Below, piece after piece: positions 17,787 to 25,044 of a stretch of 33,744 nucleotides of DNA. How positions within the stretch are numbered: position 1 is the stretch's first letter; every line of letters begins with the position of its first letter. Made by a program: the position numbers and the translations under genes. The DNA comes from a virus (taxonomy: Duplodnaviria > Caudoviricetes), in the IMG/VR virus record IMGVR_UViG_3300025635_000095, positions 1-33,744 of that record; one strand, written 5' to 3'. The notes under the pieces are model-generated. The model was not told where the DNA came from and searched no databases. It worked only from the letters and a program-made list of their open reading frames with translations.

Positions 17787-18524
17787 ATGTCTCACAAAGC
17801 TACGCACTGGGCTTGGACGGTGAAGGATATATCTTCATCCGAGAAGCTGATTCTTTTGGCGCTGGCTGATCGCCACAATGCAGACACGGGCGATTGCTTC
17901 CCAAGCCTAGACCGTATCGCAGAAGATACTTGCACCAGCCGAGACACGGCACGGCGAGCGACCCAATCTTTAGAGCAAAAAGGATTGATCTCCCGTGTCT
18001 TAGTGGCAGATGTTCACGGTCGAACGCTGGGCTACAAGTACCATTTGCATATGGGGGATAGCATGGCGCTACCCCTAGGGTTGCAAGGTGCTACCCCCGA
18101 GGGTGGCATGGTGCTACCCAAACCTGTAAAAGAAACCGGTAAAGAAAACCATAATAGCCGCTCCGCTCCGCTCGCTGGCTTTGATGATTTTTGGAAGGTG
18201 TATCCCCGCAAGGTGGCAAAGGGTTCTGCCGTTAAAGCTTGGCGGTCTGCTATTAAGAAGGCTCCACCCGATGAGATCACAAGTGCTGCCGGTAAGTACA
18301 AGTGGCCGGATGACCCTAAGTTTATTCCGCACCCTGCAACATGGCTGAACGCCGAGCGATGGGCGGACGTTGAAGGAACACCGAAGCCCTCGTTTGTTTC
18401 GACGTATAGACCACCGCCACCACCGCCACCGCCAGCACCTGAGATGTCGCCCGAACATCGAGCCAAGATGGCCGCGAGGTTCAACGATTTGCTGGCCTCG
18501 CTTGGCAAGAGTAAGGGAATGTAG
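17787..18524 (+). CDS. phage replication initiator (lambda O-like) with N-terminal winged HTH
   Basis: SEKLILLALAD...CFPSLDRIAEDT HTH, FDDFWKVYPRKVAK, FIPHPATWLNAERW. Contains iterons. Confidence 0.85.
   Translation: MSHKATHWAWTVKDISSSEKLILLALADRHNADTGDCFPSLDRIAEDTCTSRDTARRATQSLEQKGLISRVLVADVHGRTLGYKYHLHMGDSMALPLGLQGATPEGGMVLPKPVKETGKENHNSRSAPLAGFDDFWKVYPRKVAKGSAVKAWRSAIKKAPPDEITSAAGKYKWPDDPKFIPHPATWLNAERWADVEGTPKPSFVSTYRPPPPPPPPAPEMSPEHRAKMAARFNDLLASLGKSKGM
18056..18157. promoter_or_regulatory. putative replication origin: three 19-bp iterons plus an A-rich tract
   Basis: GGATAGCATGGCGCTACCC (18056), GGGTTGCAAGGTGCTACCC (18078) and GGGTGGCATGGTGCTACCC (18101), followed by AAACCTGTAAAAGAAACCGGTAAAGAAAACCATAATA. 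Confidence 0.75.
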
Positions 18525-18643
18525 TTTCGGGCCGCTAGTTTGGTGGCCGTGTTCGATTGGTCGGGAATATCATGGCTGATTAAAGGGCTGCAGAGCGCCT
18601 CTAGATAGGCCGCGCTTGGCCTCTAGGTAGGGTAGTACCAGAC

Positions 18644-18673
18644 AAAAAGAAAGGCCATTGGTATGGCCTCTCT
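18644..18673 (-). terminator. intrinsic terminator ending the ardC operon, possibly bidirectional
   Basis: AGGCCAT-TGGT-ATGGCCT stem with AAAAAGAA on its left (a U-tract on the minus strand), between convergent genes. Confidence 0.65.
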
Positions 18674-18680
18674 ATCGATC

Positions 18681-18776
18681 CTAGAAACTTAGCCAGAGCC
18701 ACCCGAACAGGGCGAGGCATAGCAGATAGAATAGGGCCATGCCTATCAAGGGCCAGACGTCTTCATCGTGAATCAT
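18681..18776 (-). CDS. 31-aa single-TM peptide (not in ORF track)
   Basis: MIHDEDVWPLIGMALFYLLCLALFGWLWLSF*. GAGG upstream, overlaps the upstream gene end, and stops just before the terminator. Confidence 0.55.
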   Translation of the reverse strand: MIHDEDVWPLIGMALFYLLCLALFGWLWLSF

Positions 18777-19089
18777 GGGGCGCAACCTCGCCAAGCTCTC
18801 TTAGAATGTTCTCCCGCTCCCCATCCGATAGGGTGCGGCGCTGAACGATAGCAGGAAAGCTGCCGTCTGGCTCTGCCTCGCTTGCCTTGGGATATCCATC
18901 CCTGACCCGTGCCGTAATGTCATCAAAGCGCATGGATAGTAGGGCGAGGAATGAATCTGCCTCTCTCGCTTGCTTGTCAAAGAATAGACGTGCCTCGTTT
19001 TTGACGGCCTCAATGTCTGACAGGAGCAAATGTTCGGTTCGGCTTTGCTCATTGGCAAGCTGATTAATGATCGCGTCAAGGTTACGCAT
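18763..19089 (-). CDS. hypothetical protein
   Basis: 108-aa ORF overlapping the upstream stop. Its N-terminus MRN matches that of ArdC. Confidence 0.65.
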   Translation of the reverse strand: MRNLDAIINQLANEQSRTEHLLLSDIEAVKNEARLFFDKQAREADSFLALLSMRFDDITARVRDGYPKASEAEPDGSFPAIVQRRTLSDGERENILRELGEVAPHDSR

Positions 19090-19306
19090 GGTCAGTCACC
19101 CACCCTTGAACACCTGATTTGCCGTCAATTCCGATTGTCCTAATCTTGCCGCGCACAAACGGCTTGCCGTGCTTCATCTCATAGGCCCATGCAACGGGCC
19201 TCCCGTTATCGCCCTTCGGGTCTGTGGCAACGCTAAGACCTCGCTGTCTGACAGCTTCGCGCCATGCGTAAAAGTCAAAAAACTCACGGCTTATTTCTGT
19301 TGTCAT
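19082..19306 (-). CDS. hypothetical protein
   Basis: 74 aa with a strong AGAGAGAGGA leader. Confidence 0.65.
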   Translation of the reverse strand: MTTEISREFFDFYAWREAVRQRGLSVATDPKGDNGRPVAWAYEMKHGKPFVRGKIRTIGIDGKSGVQGWVTDHA

Positions 19307-19323
19307 GGTTAGTCCTCTCTCTG

Positions 19324-19404
19324 TTAGGGAATCAGGTTTTCAAGAATGATTGCGCCACAGATGGCATAGAAGAGCGCAACCCATAGGCTGTAAGGTACAG
19401 TCAT
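19324..19404 (-). CDS. 26-aa single-TM peptide (not in ORF track)
   Basis: MTVPYSLWVALFYAICGAIILENLIP*. TGATG coupling to the upstream ORF. Confidence 0.5.
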   Translation of the reverse strand: MTVPYSLWVALFYAICGAIILENLIP

Positions 19405-19526
19405 CACGCCACCCCATGCTTTGCGTGGTATTCAGCGGCAGCTTTGATTGCCAGTTTGCGGCACTCTGCTTTGCTAAGGATTGTCATCTTGCGAAGGAAT
19501 TTATAGGACCGTTGAACGTATGACAT
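19404..19526 (-). CDS. 40-aa basic hypothetical protein (not in ORF track)
   Basis: MSYVQRSYKFLRKMTILSKAECRKLAIKAAAEYHAKHGVA*. AAAAGAGAGAG leader. Confidence 0.55.
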   Translation of the reverse strand: MSYVQRSYKFLRKMTILSKAECRKLAIKAAAEYHAKHGVA

Positions 19527-19581
19527 AGGCTCTCTCTTTTGTGGACGTTGAAGGAATGGGGGCATTCGCGCCCCCGATTGA

Positions 19582-20439
19582 TTAGGCTGCTAGTTTTTCG
19601 TCTTTGATTGCCAGCGATCGGAGATATTCAACGGAGGCACTCGCCTTGCTGGCAGCAGTGATGAACGCGCGGGGATCATCTTTGAGAAGCTTAATCCAAT
19701 TTTGAACATAAGCCGCGTGCTGAGTGACAGCATCGAATCCGAACTCAGCGCACATGAAAGCCGCGCCAAGCTCTGCCACTAGCTCCTCTGCCGCATAGGC
19801 TTGGTCGCCGAATCGCTTGCCAAATTGGCGATTGCAGCGTGCCTCGTGGCCGGACCAGTGCACAAGCTCATGCAAGGCGGTGGCATAGTATCCATTGGAA
19901 TCCGTGAAGGTGGAGAAGGGCGGGAGCATGATAAAATCACCCTTGTGGTTATAGTACGCGCGGCCCTCGCCATGACGGAGATCGGCTAGAGTGTCTTTTA
20001 AGAACGCCTCGCAAAGAGTGTCGCGTTCGCCCTTGTTGATCTCAACAGGCTTTTCGTGAAGGTGATCGAGGCCATCGCACTGTTCGACAGCGAAGACAGC
20101 GTAGGATTTGAGGAACGGAATCCGGTCCTTTTCGCCCTTGTCATTCTCTTTCTCAAACGTAGAGGCATAAATGATTGATGTGGATTTCTCACCCTTACGG
20201 ACATTGCCACCAGCTTCTTGCGCTTGTTTATAGGTGAGCCAGCGATTCGAGGCATAGCCCTTTTCTTCTGCTGCCATCCAGAGGAGAGCCACATTCGCCC
20301 CTGAATAGGCGCGTTGTGAGATAGCATTGCGAGGCATTGAGCCAGAGCCAAGGCTTGACCAAGGCTTGATCCATGGAAGCTCGCCTGATTCCATGGCGGT
20401 AAGGATACGGTCCGAAACTTCCTTGTGAATGTTACGCAT
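19582..20439 (-). CDS. ardC: ArdC-family antirestriction protein (ssDNA-binding domain plus zincin-like domain)
   Basis: PWIKPW, YSGAN, WLTYKQAQEAGGNVRKGEKS, YYATALHELVHWSGH, YAAEELVAELGAAF. Confidence 0.93.
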   Translation of the reverse strand: MRNIHKEVSDRILTAMESGELPWIKPWSSLGSGSMPRNAISQRAYSGANVALLWMAAEEKGYASNRWLTYKQAQEAGGNVRKGEKSTSIIYASTFEKENDKGEKDRIPFLKSYAVFAVEQCDGLDHLHEKPVEINKGERDTLCEAFLKDTLADLRHGEGRAYYNHKGDFIMLPPFSTFTDSNGYYATALHELVHWSGHEARCNRQFGKRFGDQAYAAEELVAELGAAFMCAEFGFDAVTQHAAYVQNWIKLLKDDPRAFITAASKASASVEYLRSLAIKDEKLAA

Positions 20440-20490
20440 GGCTAGGTTCTCTCTCTCTTTTGCAAAGCTCTTTAGTGAGCCAGTGACAAG

Positions 20491-20519
20491 AATGTATGAT
20501 AGGACTGTAACCCTGTCAA
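20491..20519 (-). promoter_or_regulatory. near-consensus sigma70 promoter for the ardC operon
   Basis: Minus strand TTGACA-N17-TACATT. Confidence 0.75.
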
Positions 20520-20570
20520 CAGGAATGTTACATCTTTTTTTCTATTCAGTCTTATTTTATAGCTAACCCT

Positions 20571-21239
20571 ATGACAAAGCAGACGAAAAAAAATTCATCA
20601 AGCGAGGGAATCCCTCAGGATTTACGCTCTTGGTCAGTCCTGCCAGCGCGTTTCGTCGGGGATAAGAGGCTAAGCCCTAACGATATTCAGGTTCTTGCGG
20701 CGCTTGGCCTATACACGAACCAAGCCGGAGTCTGTTGGCCAACAATCGAGACCATGGAGCGATTCACGCATATTGGCAGATTAGGGATCATCGCGGCCAT
20801 TAAACGCCTCGAAAAGCTTGGATATGTCCGAAAGCTCAAGCCGGAATACTATCCCGGCCAAAAATCCAAATGGCTAACCAATCGCTATCAAGTGCTGTGG
20901 CGTGGCAATGATCCTATCCCGAAATACGAGGACCTGAATGACGCCAAGCTCTACAACATCGGGCAGGATCAATCCGACACAGAGACACCAAAGCCAGTCA
21001 ATGAACCCCAAGGGAATACCTATAATGAAAGGGTTCTAAAGGGTGTGGCTGCTGCTTTCAATCGGGTGTTGTCTCGTTATGGTTCTTTCGCTGACGAGGC
21101 ACTGGCAATCCGTGACGCTCCGGCTTTCCTCGAATCGCTCTCCGGTGGTGACGTCGATCAATCCATGCTGCACCGCACACAGGAATTTATGCACAGGAAT
21201 AAATGCCTACCCACGCGCCTCTCGCAGCTAGGCCCGTGA
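20571..21239 (+). CDS. winged-HTH protein of the replication-initiator-like type
   Basis: DKRLSPNDIQVLAALGLYTN..GVCWPTIETM...IKRLEKLGYV, then NRYQV. Confidence 0.75.
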   Translation: MTKQTKKNSSSEGIPQDLRSWSVLPARFVGDKRLSPNDIQVLAALGLYTNQAGVCWPTIETMERFTHIGRLGIIAAIKRLEKLGYVRKLKPEYYPGQKSKWLTNRYQVLWRGNDPIPKYEDLNDAKLYNIGQDQSDTETPKPVNEPQGNTYNERVLKGVAAAFNRVLSRYGSFADEALAIRDAPAFLESLSGGDVDQSMLHRTQEFMHRNKCLPTRLSQLGP

Positions 21240-21521
21240 CGCAAACGGACACACCCCTCCCCCCGGGGGTCCGGTACTGGTCGGGGTCCATCCCTAAACT
21301 TTTTTCTGAAAATCCGCGACTCGAAAGCAGCCAGCGGCGGAGCCGTTCGGTAGCCCCTTGGGTCTTGCTAACCGGAGAGTGTTGGGAGATTGTTAGGGTC
21401 TTGGGAGTTCTTCTGCCTTGGAGACTCCCCCCTCCCCCCCTCATTCACCCGAATCAGAAAACTTGTCAAGATAGTAAAACTACGTAGAGACAATTTAGTT
21501 GTAGTCGGGTTTGGTGTGCTG

Positions 21522-21920
21522 ATGAGAAATGTTCGGAAGATGAGGCGTGAGCTGACGGCTTTGGATGCGGATAAGCGTTCGGCTGTCTTGGGTGAGCTTG
21601 AGCTACTTGGCGGGTCTAAGGTTACGGACGTGCTGCAATGGGATGCGGCTGGCAATGTTCATGTCATCCCGTCCCATGAGCTACCGGACCATGTGAAGCG
21701 GGCCATCAAGAAGGTTAAGGTCGTACCAACCAAAGAAGGCAATTCGATTGAGGTCGAAATGCACGACAAGATTGCTGCCCTTCGGTTGCTGGCTAAGCAT
21801 CATGGTCTTATGGAAGCGACAGACGATACGAACCGGCCTTCCATCATTGGGATCAATCTGCACGGGCCGGGATCACCCGTGACAACATACGAAGTGAAAG
21901 AAGAGGACAATGAGAGCTAA
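21522..21920 (+). CDS. terS: terminase small subunit (putative)
   Basis: AIKKVKV...IEVEMHDKIAALRLLAKHHGL pattern, overlapping the terL start. Exact start uncertain (21522 or 21540). Confidence 0.75.
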   Translation: MRNVRKMRRELTALDADKRSAVLGELELLGGSKVTDVLQWDAAGNVHVIPSHELPDHVKRAIKKVKVVPTKEGNSIEVEMHDKIAALRLLAKHHGLMEATDDTNRPSIIGINLHGPGSPVTTYEVKEEDNES

Positions 21921-23451
21921 GGGAGCCACCGCGCGTAAGCGTGATGTAGATCATGATGCCCTCGGTAGCCTAAACTTCGACTTCTCCAAAAGCCCCGTTG
22001 TATGGGACTTCCTCAATGATGATTCATTCTTCAGAGGTCTTCTTGGTCCGGTTGGTTCCGGCAAGAGCTATGCGTGCGCTTCAGAGGTCATACTTCGCGC
22101 TATTAAGCAGCCGCCTAGCCCAATCGACAATATCCGTTATTCGCGTTTTGTTGTAGTTCGTAACTCCTACCCAGAGCTTCGGACCACCACCATCAAGACT
22201 TGGACTGAGATATTCCCTGAGAATGTCTGGGGTCCAATGCGGTGGTCGCCACCCATTACGCACCATCTGAAGCTGCCAGCACGAGACGGAATCCCCGGCC
22301 TCGATGCAGAGGTCATCTTCCTAGCCCTCGATCAGCCCAAAGACGTTCGTAAGCTTCTGTCGCTCGAACTAACCGGCGCGTGGGTCAACGAAGCCCGCGA
22401 ACTGCCGCTTGCTGTGGTCCAAGGTCTAACCCACCGCGTAGGTCGCTATCCAACCAAAGCCAATGGCGGCGCACCGTGGCGCGGCATCTGGGCTGATACC
22501 AACCCCATGGATTCTGACCATTGGTGGTTCCGGCTATCAGAAAAAGAAACCATCCAAGGCAAGTTCAAGTGGCGGTTCTTCAAGCAACCCCCCGGCATGA
22601 TCGAGTGCCTATCGGAAGACGATGGGGCGATCCATGCTGCCGGTAAGTGGTGGCGCGTCAATCCCGATGCGGAGAACATTAACAATCTGCCGGTCGGCTA
22701 TTACGACCAGCAACTCGGCGGCAAGAACCTTGACTGGATCAAGTGCTATGTCGCGGGCGAGTATGTCTATGTCCAAGAAGGCAAAGCCGTCTGGCCGGAA
22801 TACATCGACAGCCAGATGGTCGAAGACAAGATCGACTATCGCCCCGATCTGCCAGTTCATATTGGACTAGACTTTGGTCTAACTCCGGCAGCGATCTTCG
22901 GCCAGCGTCTGCCTAGCGGGCGGTGGAATATCCTGCATGAGATCGTCGCCTTCGACATGGGCCTCGAACGATTCGGCCACATGCTGCTTGGTGACATTCA
23001 ACAAAAGTTTAACAAGGCCCAAATCTTTATCTGGGGCGATCCGGCTGGCTTAGCACGCGATGGCATCTTTGAAGTCACCGCCTTCCAGCATCTCAAGTCT
23101 CTTGGCCTCAACGCTCAGCCAACCCAGAGCAATGACTTCATGGTGCGCCGCGAAGCCGGGGCTGCTCCCATGCAAAGACTGATCGACGGTAAGCCGGGGC
23201 TTCTGGTGGACTCAAGCTGTGTCCGCGTCCGCAAATCACTTGGCGGCGGCTACCACTTCAAGCGTATAGGAGTCGGCGGCGGCACTGATCGCTTCCGTGA
23301 TGCGCCCAATAAGAACGAACACTCCCACGTTGGCGATGCCTACGGTTATCTCATGCTGGGCGGTGGTGAATATCGGGTGCTAACCAGAGGCCACACGGCT
23401 CACCATCCTAAGATGCCAATCGTTGCGCCGATGGATTTCAATGTCTTCTGA
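21910..23451 (+). CDS. terL: terminase large subunit
   Basis: Walker A GPVGSGKS, Walker B-like AWVNEARE, DTNP motif III, nuclease IGLDFG, and SHVGDA. Confidence 0.95.
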   Translation: MRAKGATARKRDVDHDALGSLNFDFSKSPVVWDFLNDDSFFRGLLGPVGSGKSYACASEVILRAIKQPPSPIDNIRYSRFVVVRNSYPELRTTTIKTWTEIFPENVWGPMRWSPPITHHLKLPARDGIPGLDAEVIFLALDQPKDVRKLLSLELTGAWVNEARELPLAVVQGLTHRVGRYPTKANGGAPWRGIWADTNPMDSDHWWFRLSEKETIQGKFKWRFFKQPPGMIECLSEDDGAIHAAGKWWRVNPDAENINNLPVGYYDQQLGGKNLDWIKCYVAGEYVYVQEGKAVWPEYIDSQMVEDKIDYRPDLPVHIGLDFGLTPAAIFGQRLPSGRWNILHEIVAFDMGLERFGHMLLGDIQQKFNKAQIFIWGDPAGLARDGIFEVTAFQHLKSLGLNAQPTQSNDFMVRREAGAAPMQRLIDGKPGLLVDSSCVRVRKSLGGGYHFKRIGVGGGTDRFRDAPNKNEHSHVGDAYGYLMLGGGEYRVLTRGHTAHHPKMPIVAPMDFNVF

Positions 23452-23938
23452 GCTTATCGACAGACTAAATGAAGTATTGCCAGCCAATGCAAAGGCAGTT
23501 CCCTTTCATTGGGGGCATCTTTATTTAATGGAACTTAATGAAGAACAGAGCCGGACGATGGAGGTAATCCCTGATTACACCAAGATCGTCCAGCATTACG
23601 CTGACACTAACCCATCCTGCACGATTCTAGTCGATGGCAAGCCGGGGCTATCCTTTGGCACGGTCAACCATTGGCCGGGGCTATACGAGATGTGGATGAT
23701 GGTCGATCAGCCTATGGCGAAGAAGTATCCGGTCGCCTTAACGAAATATTCGAAACTGGCCGTTCTTATATCCGAAGAGGTTGTCAAGCCCGTAAGATTG
23801 CAGCTTGTGGTCCGGCGTGATAATTTCTCGGCCTGTAAATGGGCGCGGGCTATTGGCTTCGAAGAAGAGGCTATTATCCGCAGATATATGCCGGATGGGC
23901 GCGATAGCGTCTTCTATGCGAGGATTAGACATGGGTAA
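23441..23938 (+). CDS. GNAT-fold acetyltransferase-like protein (T7 gp13-like)
   Basis: RLQLVVRRDNFSACKWARAIGFEEEAIIRRY..DG.D GNAT C-terminal motif. Confidence 0.7.
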   Translation: MSSELIDRLNEVLPANAKAVPFHWGHLYLMELNEEQSRTMEVIPDYTKIVQHYADTNPSCTILVDGKPGLSFGTVNHWPGLYEMWMMVDQPMAKKYPVALTKYSKLAVLISEEVVKPVRLQLVVRRDNFSACKWARAIGFEEEAIIRRYMPDGRDSVFYARIRHG

Positions 23939-24230
23939 TATGTTCAAGAAGCCGAAGGTGCCGGACACCACCGCCCAGACGGAACGGCAGCTTGCTGTTC
24001 AAGAGCGTGGCATCGCACTGCAAGAGACGGCTGCGAAGAAGCAAGAAGAGATTCTTGCCAAGCAGGAAGAACGCGCTGCGGCTCAGGAACAAGAGAAGAC
24101 AACGCAGCTTATGTCTCGCCGCCGTGTTGCCCGTGGTGGTGGCGCTGGTATGCGCGCGCTGCTCAGCACGGAACGTGCAACTCCTGAGACGGGTCTTAGC
24201 ACAACGCTTGGAACCGGGACGCGCATGTAA
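23931..24230 (+). CDS. small virion-associated protein (T7 gp7.3-like position)
   Basis: MGNMFKKPKVPD start, coiled coil, RALLS..TTLG tail. GAGG RBS. Confidence 0.55.
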   Translation: MGNMFKKPKVPDTTAQTERQLAVQERGIALQETAAKKQEEILAKQEERAAAQEQEKTTQLMSRRRVARGGGAGMRALLSTERATPETGLSTTLGTGTRM

Positions 24231-24535
24231 TGGTTGCCAAGAAGTATCAGAACCCTGAAGGCGGGCTTAACGCTGCGGGTCGCGCATACTTCAAGCGGAC
24301 TGAAGGCGCTGACCTGAAGGCTCCCGTCAAGGGCGCACCGAAGGGCCGCGAAGACTTGGGCCGCAAGGCAAGCTTCCTTGCTCGCATGGCTGGCAACCCC
24401 GGCCCTGATTACGATGATAAGGGTCGCCCTACTCGGAAGCTGCTATCGCTTCGAGCGTGGGGCGCAAACTCTACGGCAGATGCCAAGGCAAAAGCCAAGC
24501 GCCTATCTGAACGTCTCAAGAATATGAAGGATTAG
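24230..24535 (+). CDS. basic phage protein, DUF6321-like
   Basis: NPEGGLNAAGRAY...LKAPV...SFLARM...LRAW motif, recalled rather than searched. Confidence 0.6.
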   Translation: MVAKKYQNPEGGLNAAGRAYFKRTEGADLKAPVKGAPKGREDLGRKASFLARMAGNPGPDYDDKGRPTRKLLSLRAWGANSTADAKAKAKRLSERLKNMKD

Positions 24536-24537
24536 CC

Positions 24538-24699
24538 ATGCCTGAAGTTTGGGATAAGCCGCGCCCCAAGGGCCTCGGTCCTAGTAAGAAGCTGACCCCT
24601 GAGCAGAAAACCTCGGCAAAAGCCATGGCTGACAAAGCCGGTCGGCCCTATCCGAATATGATCGACAACATTCGCGCCTCGATGAAGGGTAAGAAGTGA
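24538..24699 (+). CDS. 53-aa basic hypothetical protein (not in ORF track)
   Basis: MPEVWDKPRPKGLGPSKKLTPEQKTSAKAMADKAGRPYPNMIDNIRASMKGKK*. Fills the gap exactly, with TGATG coupling downstream. Confidence 0.75.
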   Translation: MPEVWDKPRPKGLGPSKKLTPEQKTSAKAMADKAGRPYPNMIDNIRASMKGKK

Positions 24700-24890
24700 T
24701 GCCTGACTATATGGATGATGAGGAAGATAGCTTCCCTATGATGGCTAAGCGCAAGATGATGAAGGCCATGAAGGCTAAACGCGCAACGGATATGGAAGAC
24801 GAAGAAGACTATCCTGAAATGGAAGAGGAGATGTCTTTGGTCAAAGTCGAGATCAATGTTGGTGGCTCTAACGGTAAGGGCAAAAAGTAA
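24699..24890 (+). CDS. Met-rich, acidic/basic low-complexity protein
   Basis: Coupled at both ends (TGATG, TAATG). Confidence 0.7.
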   Translation: MPDYMDDEEDSFPMMAKRKMMKAMKAKRATDMEDEEDYPEMEEEMSLVKVEINVGGSNGKGKK

Positions 24891-25033
24891 TGCCGCTCAA
24901 ATCTGGCTCATCGCAGAAGACCATCTCATCCAATATTCGTGCTGAGATGAAGGCTGGCCGTCCACAGAAGCAAGCGATTGCTATCGCTCTGTCGAAGGCT
25001 GGCAAAGCCCAGAAGCAGACAAAAGGTAAGTAA
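24890..25033 (+). CDS. 47-aa basic hypothetical protein (not in ORF track)
   Basis: [47 protein letters not shown]. The KQAIAIALS motif is familiar from phage head regions. Confidence 0.75.
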   Translation: MPLKSGSSQKTISSNIRAEMKAGRPQKQAIAIALSKAGKAQKQTKGK

Positions 25034-25044
25034 GGATCACCGCC

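Noticed and set aside
18590-18690. CTAG-rich imperfect hairpins as a novel ncRNA
   Set aside because: Adequately explained as a convergent terminator region. No promoter or conservation evidence is available from the sequence alone.
19555-19580. GC hairpin after ardC as a full terminator
   Set aside because: The GGGGGC/GCCCCC stem is real but the following tract (ATTCCTTC) is weak and genes continue downstream. At most a partial terminator or stabilising stem.
21203-21487. 94-aa ORF and upstream extension of terS to 21390
   Set aside because: Low-complexity Pro-rich translation of homopolymer tracts with no RBS. More plausibly non-coding.
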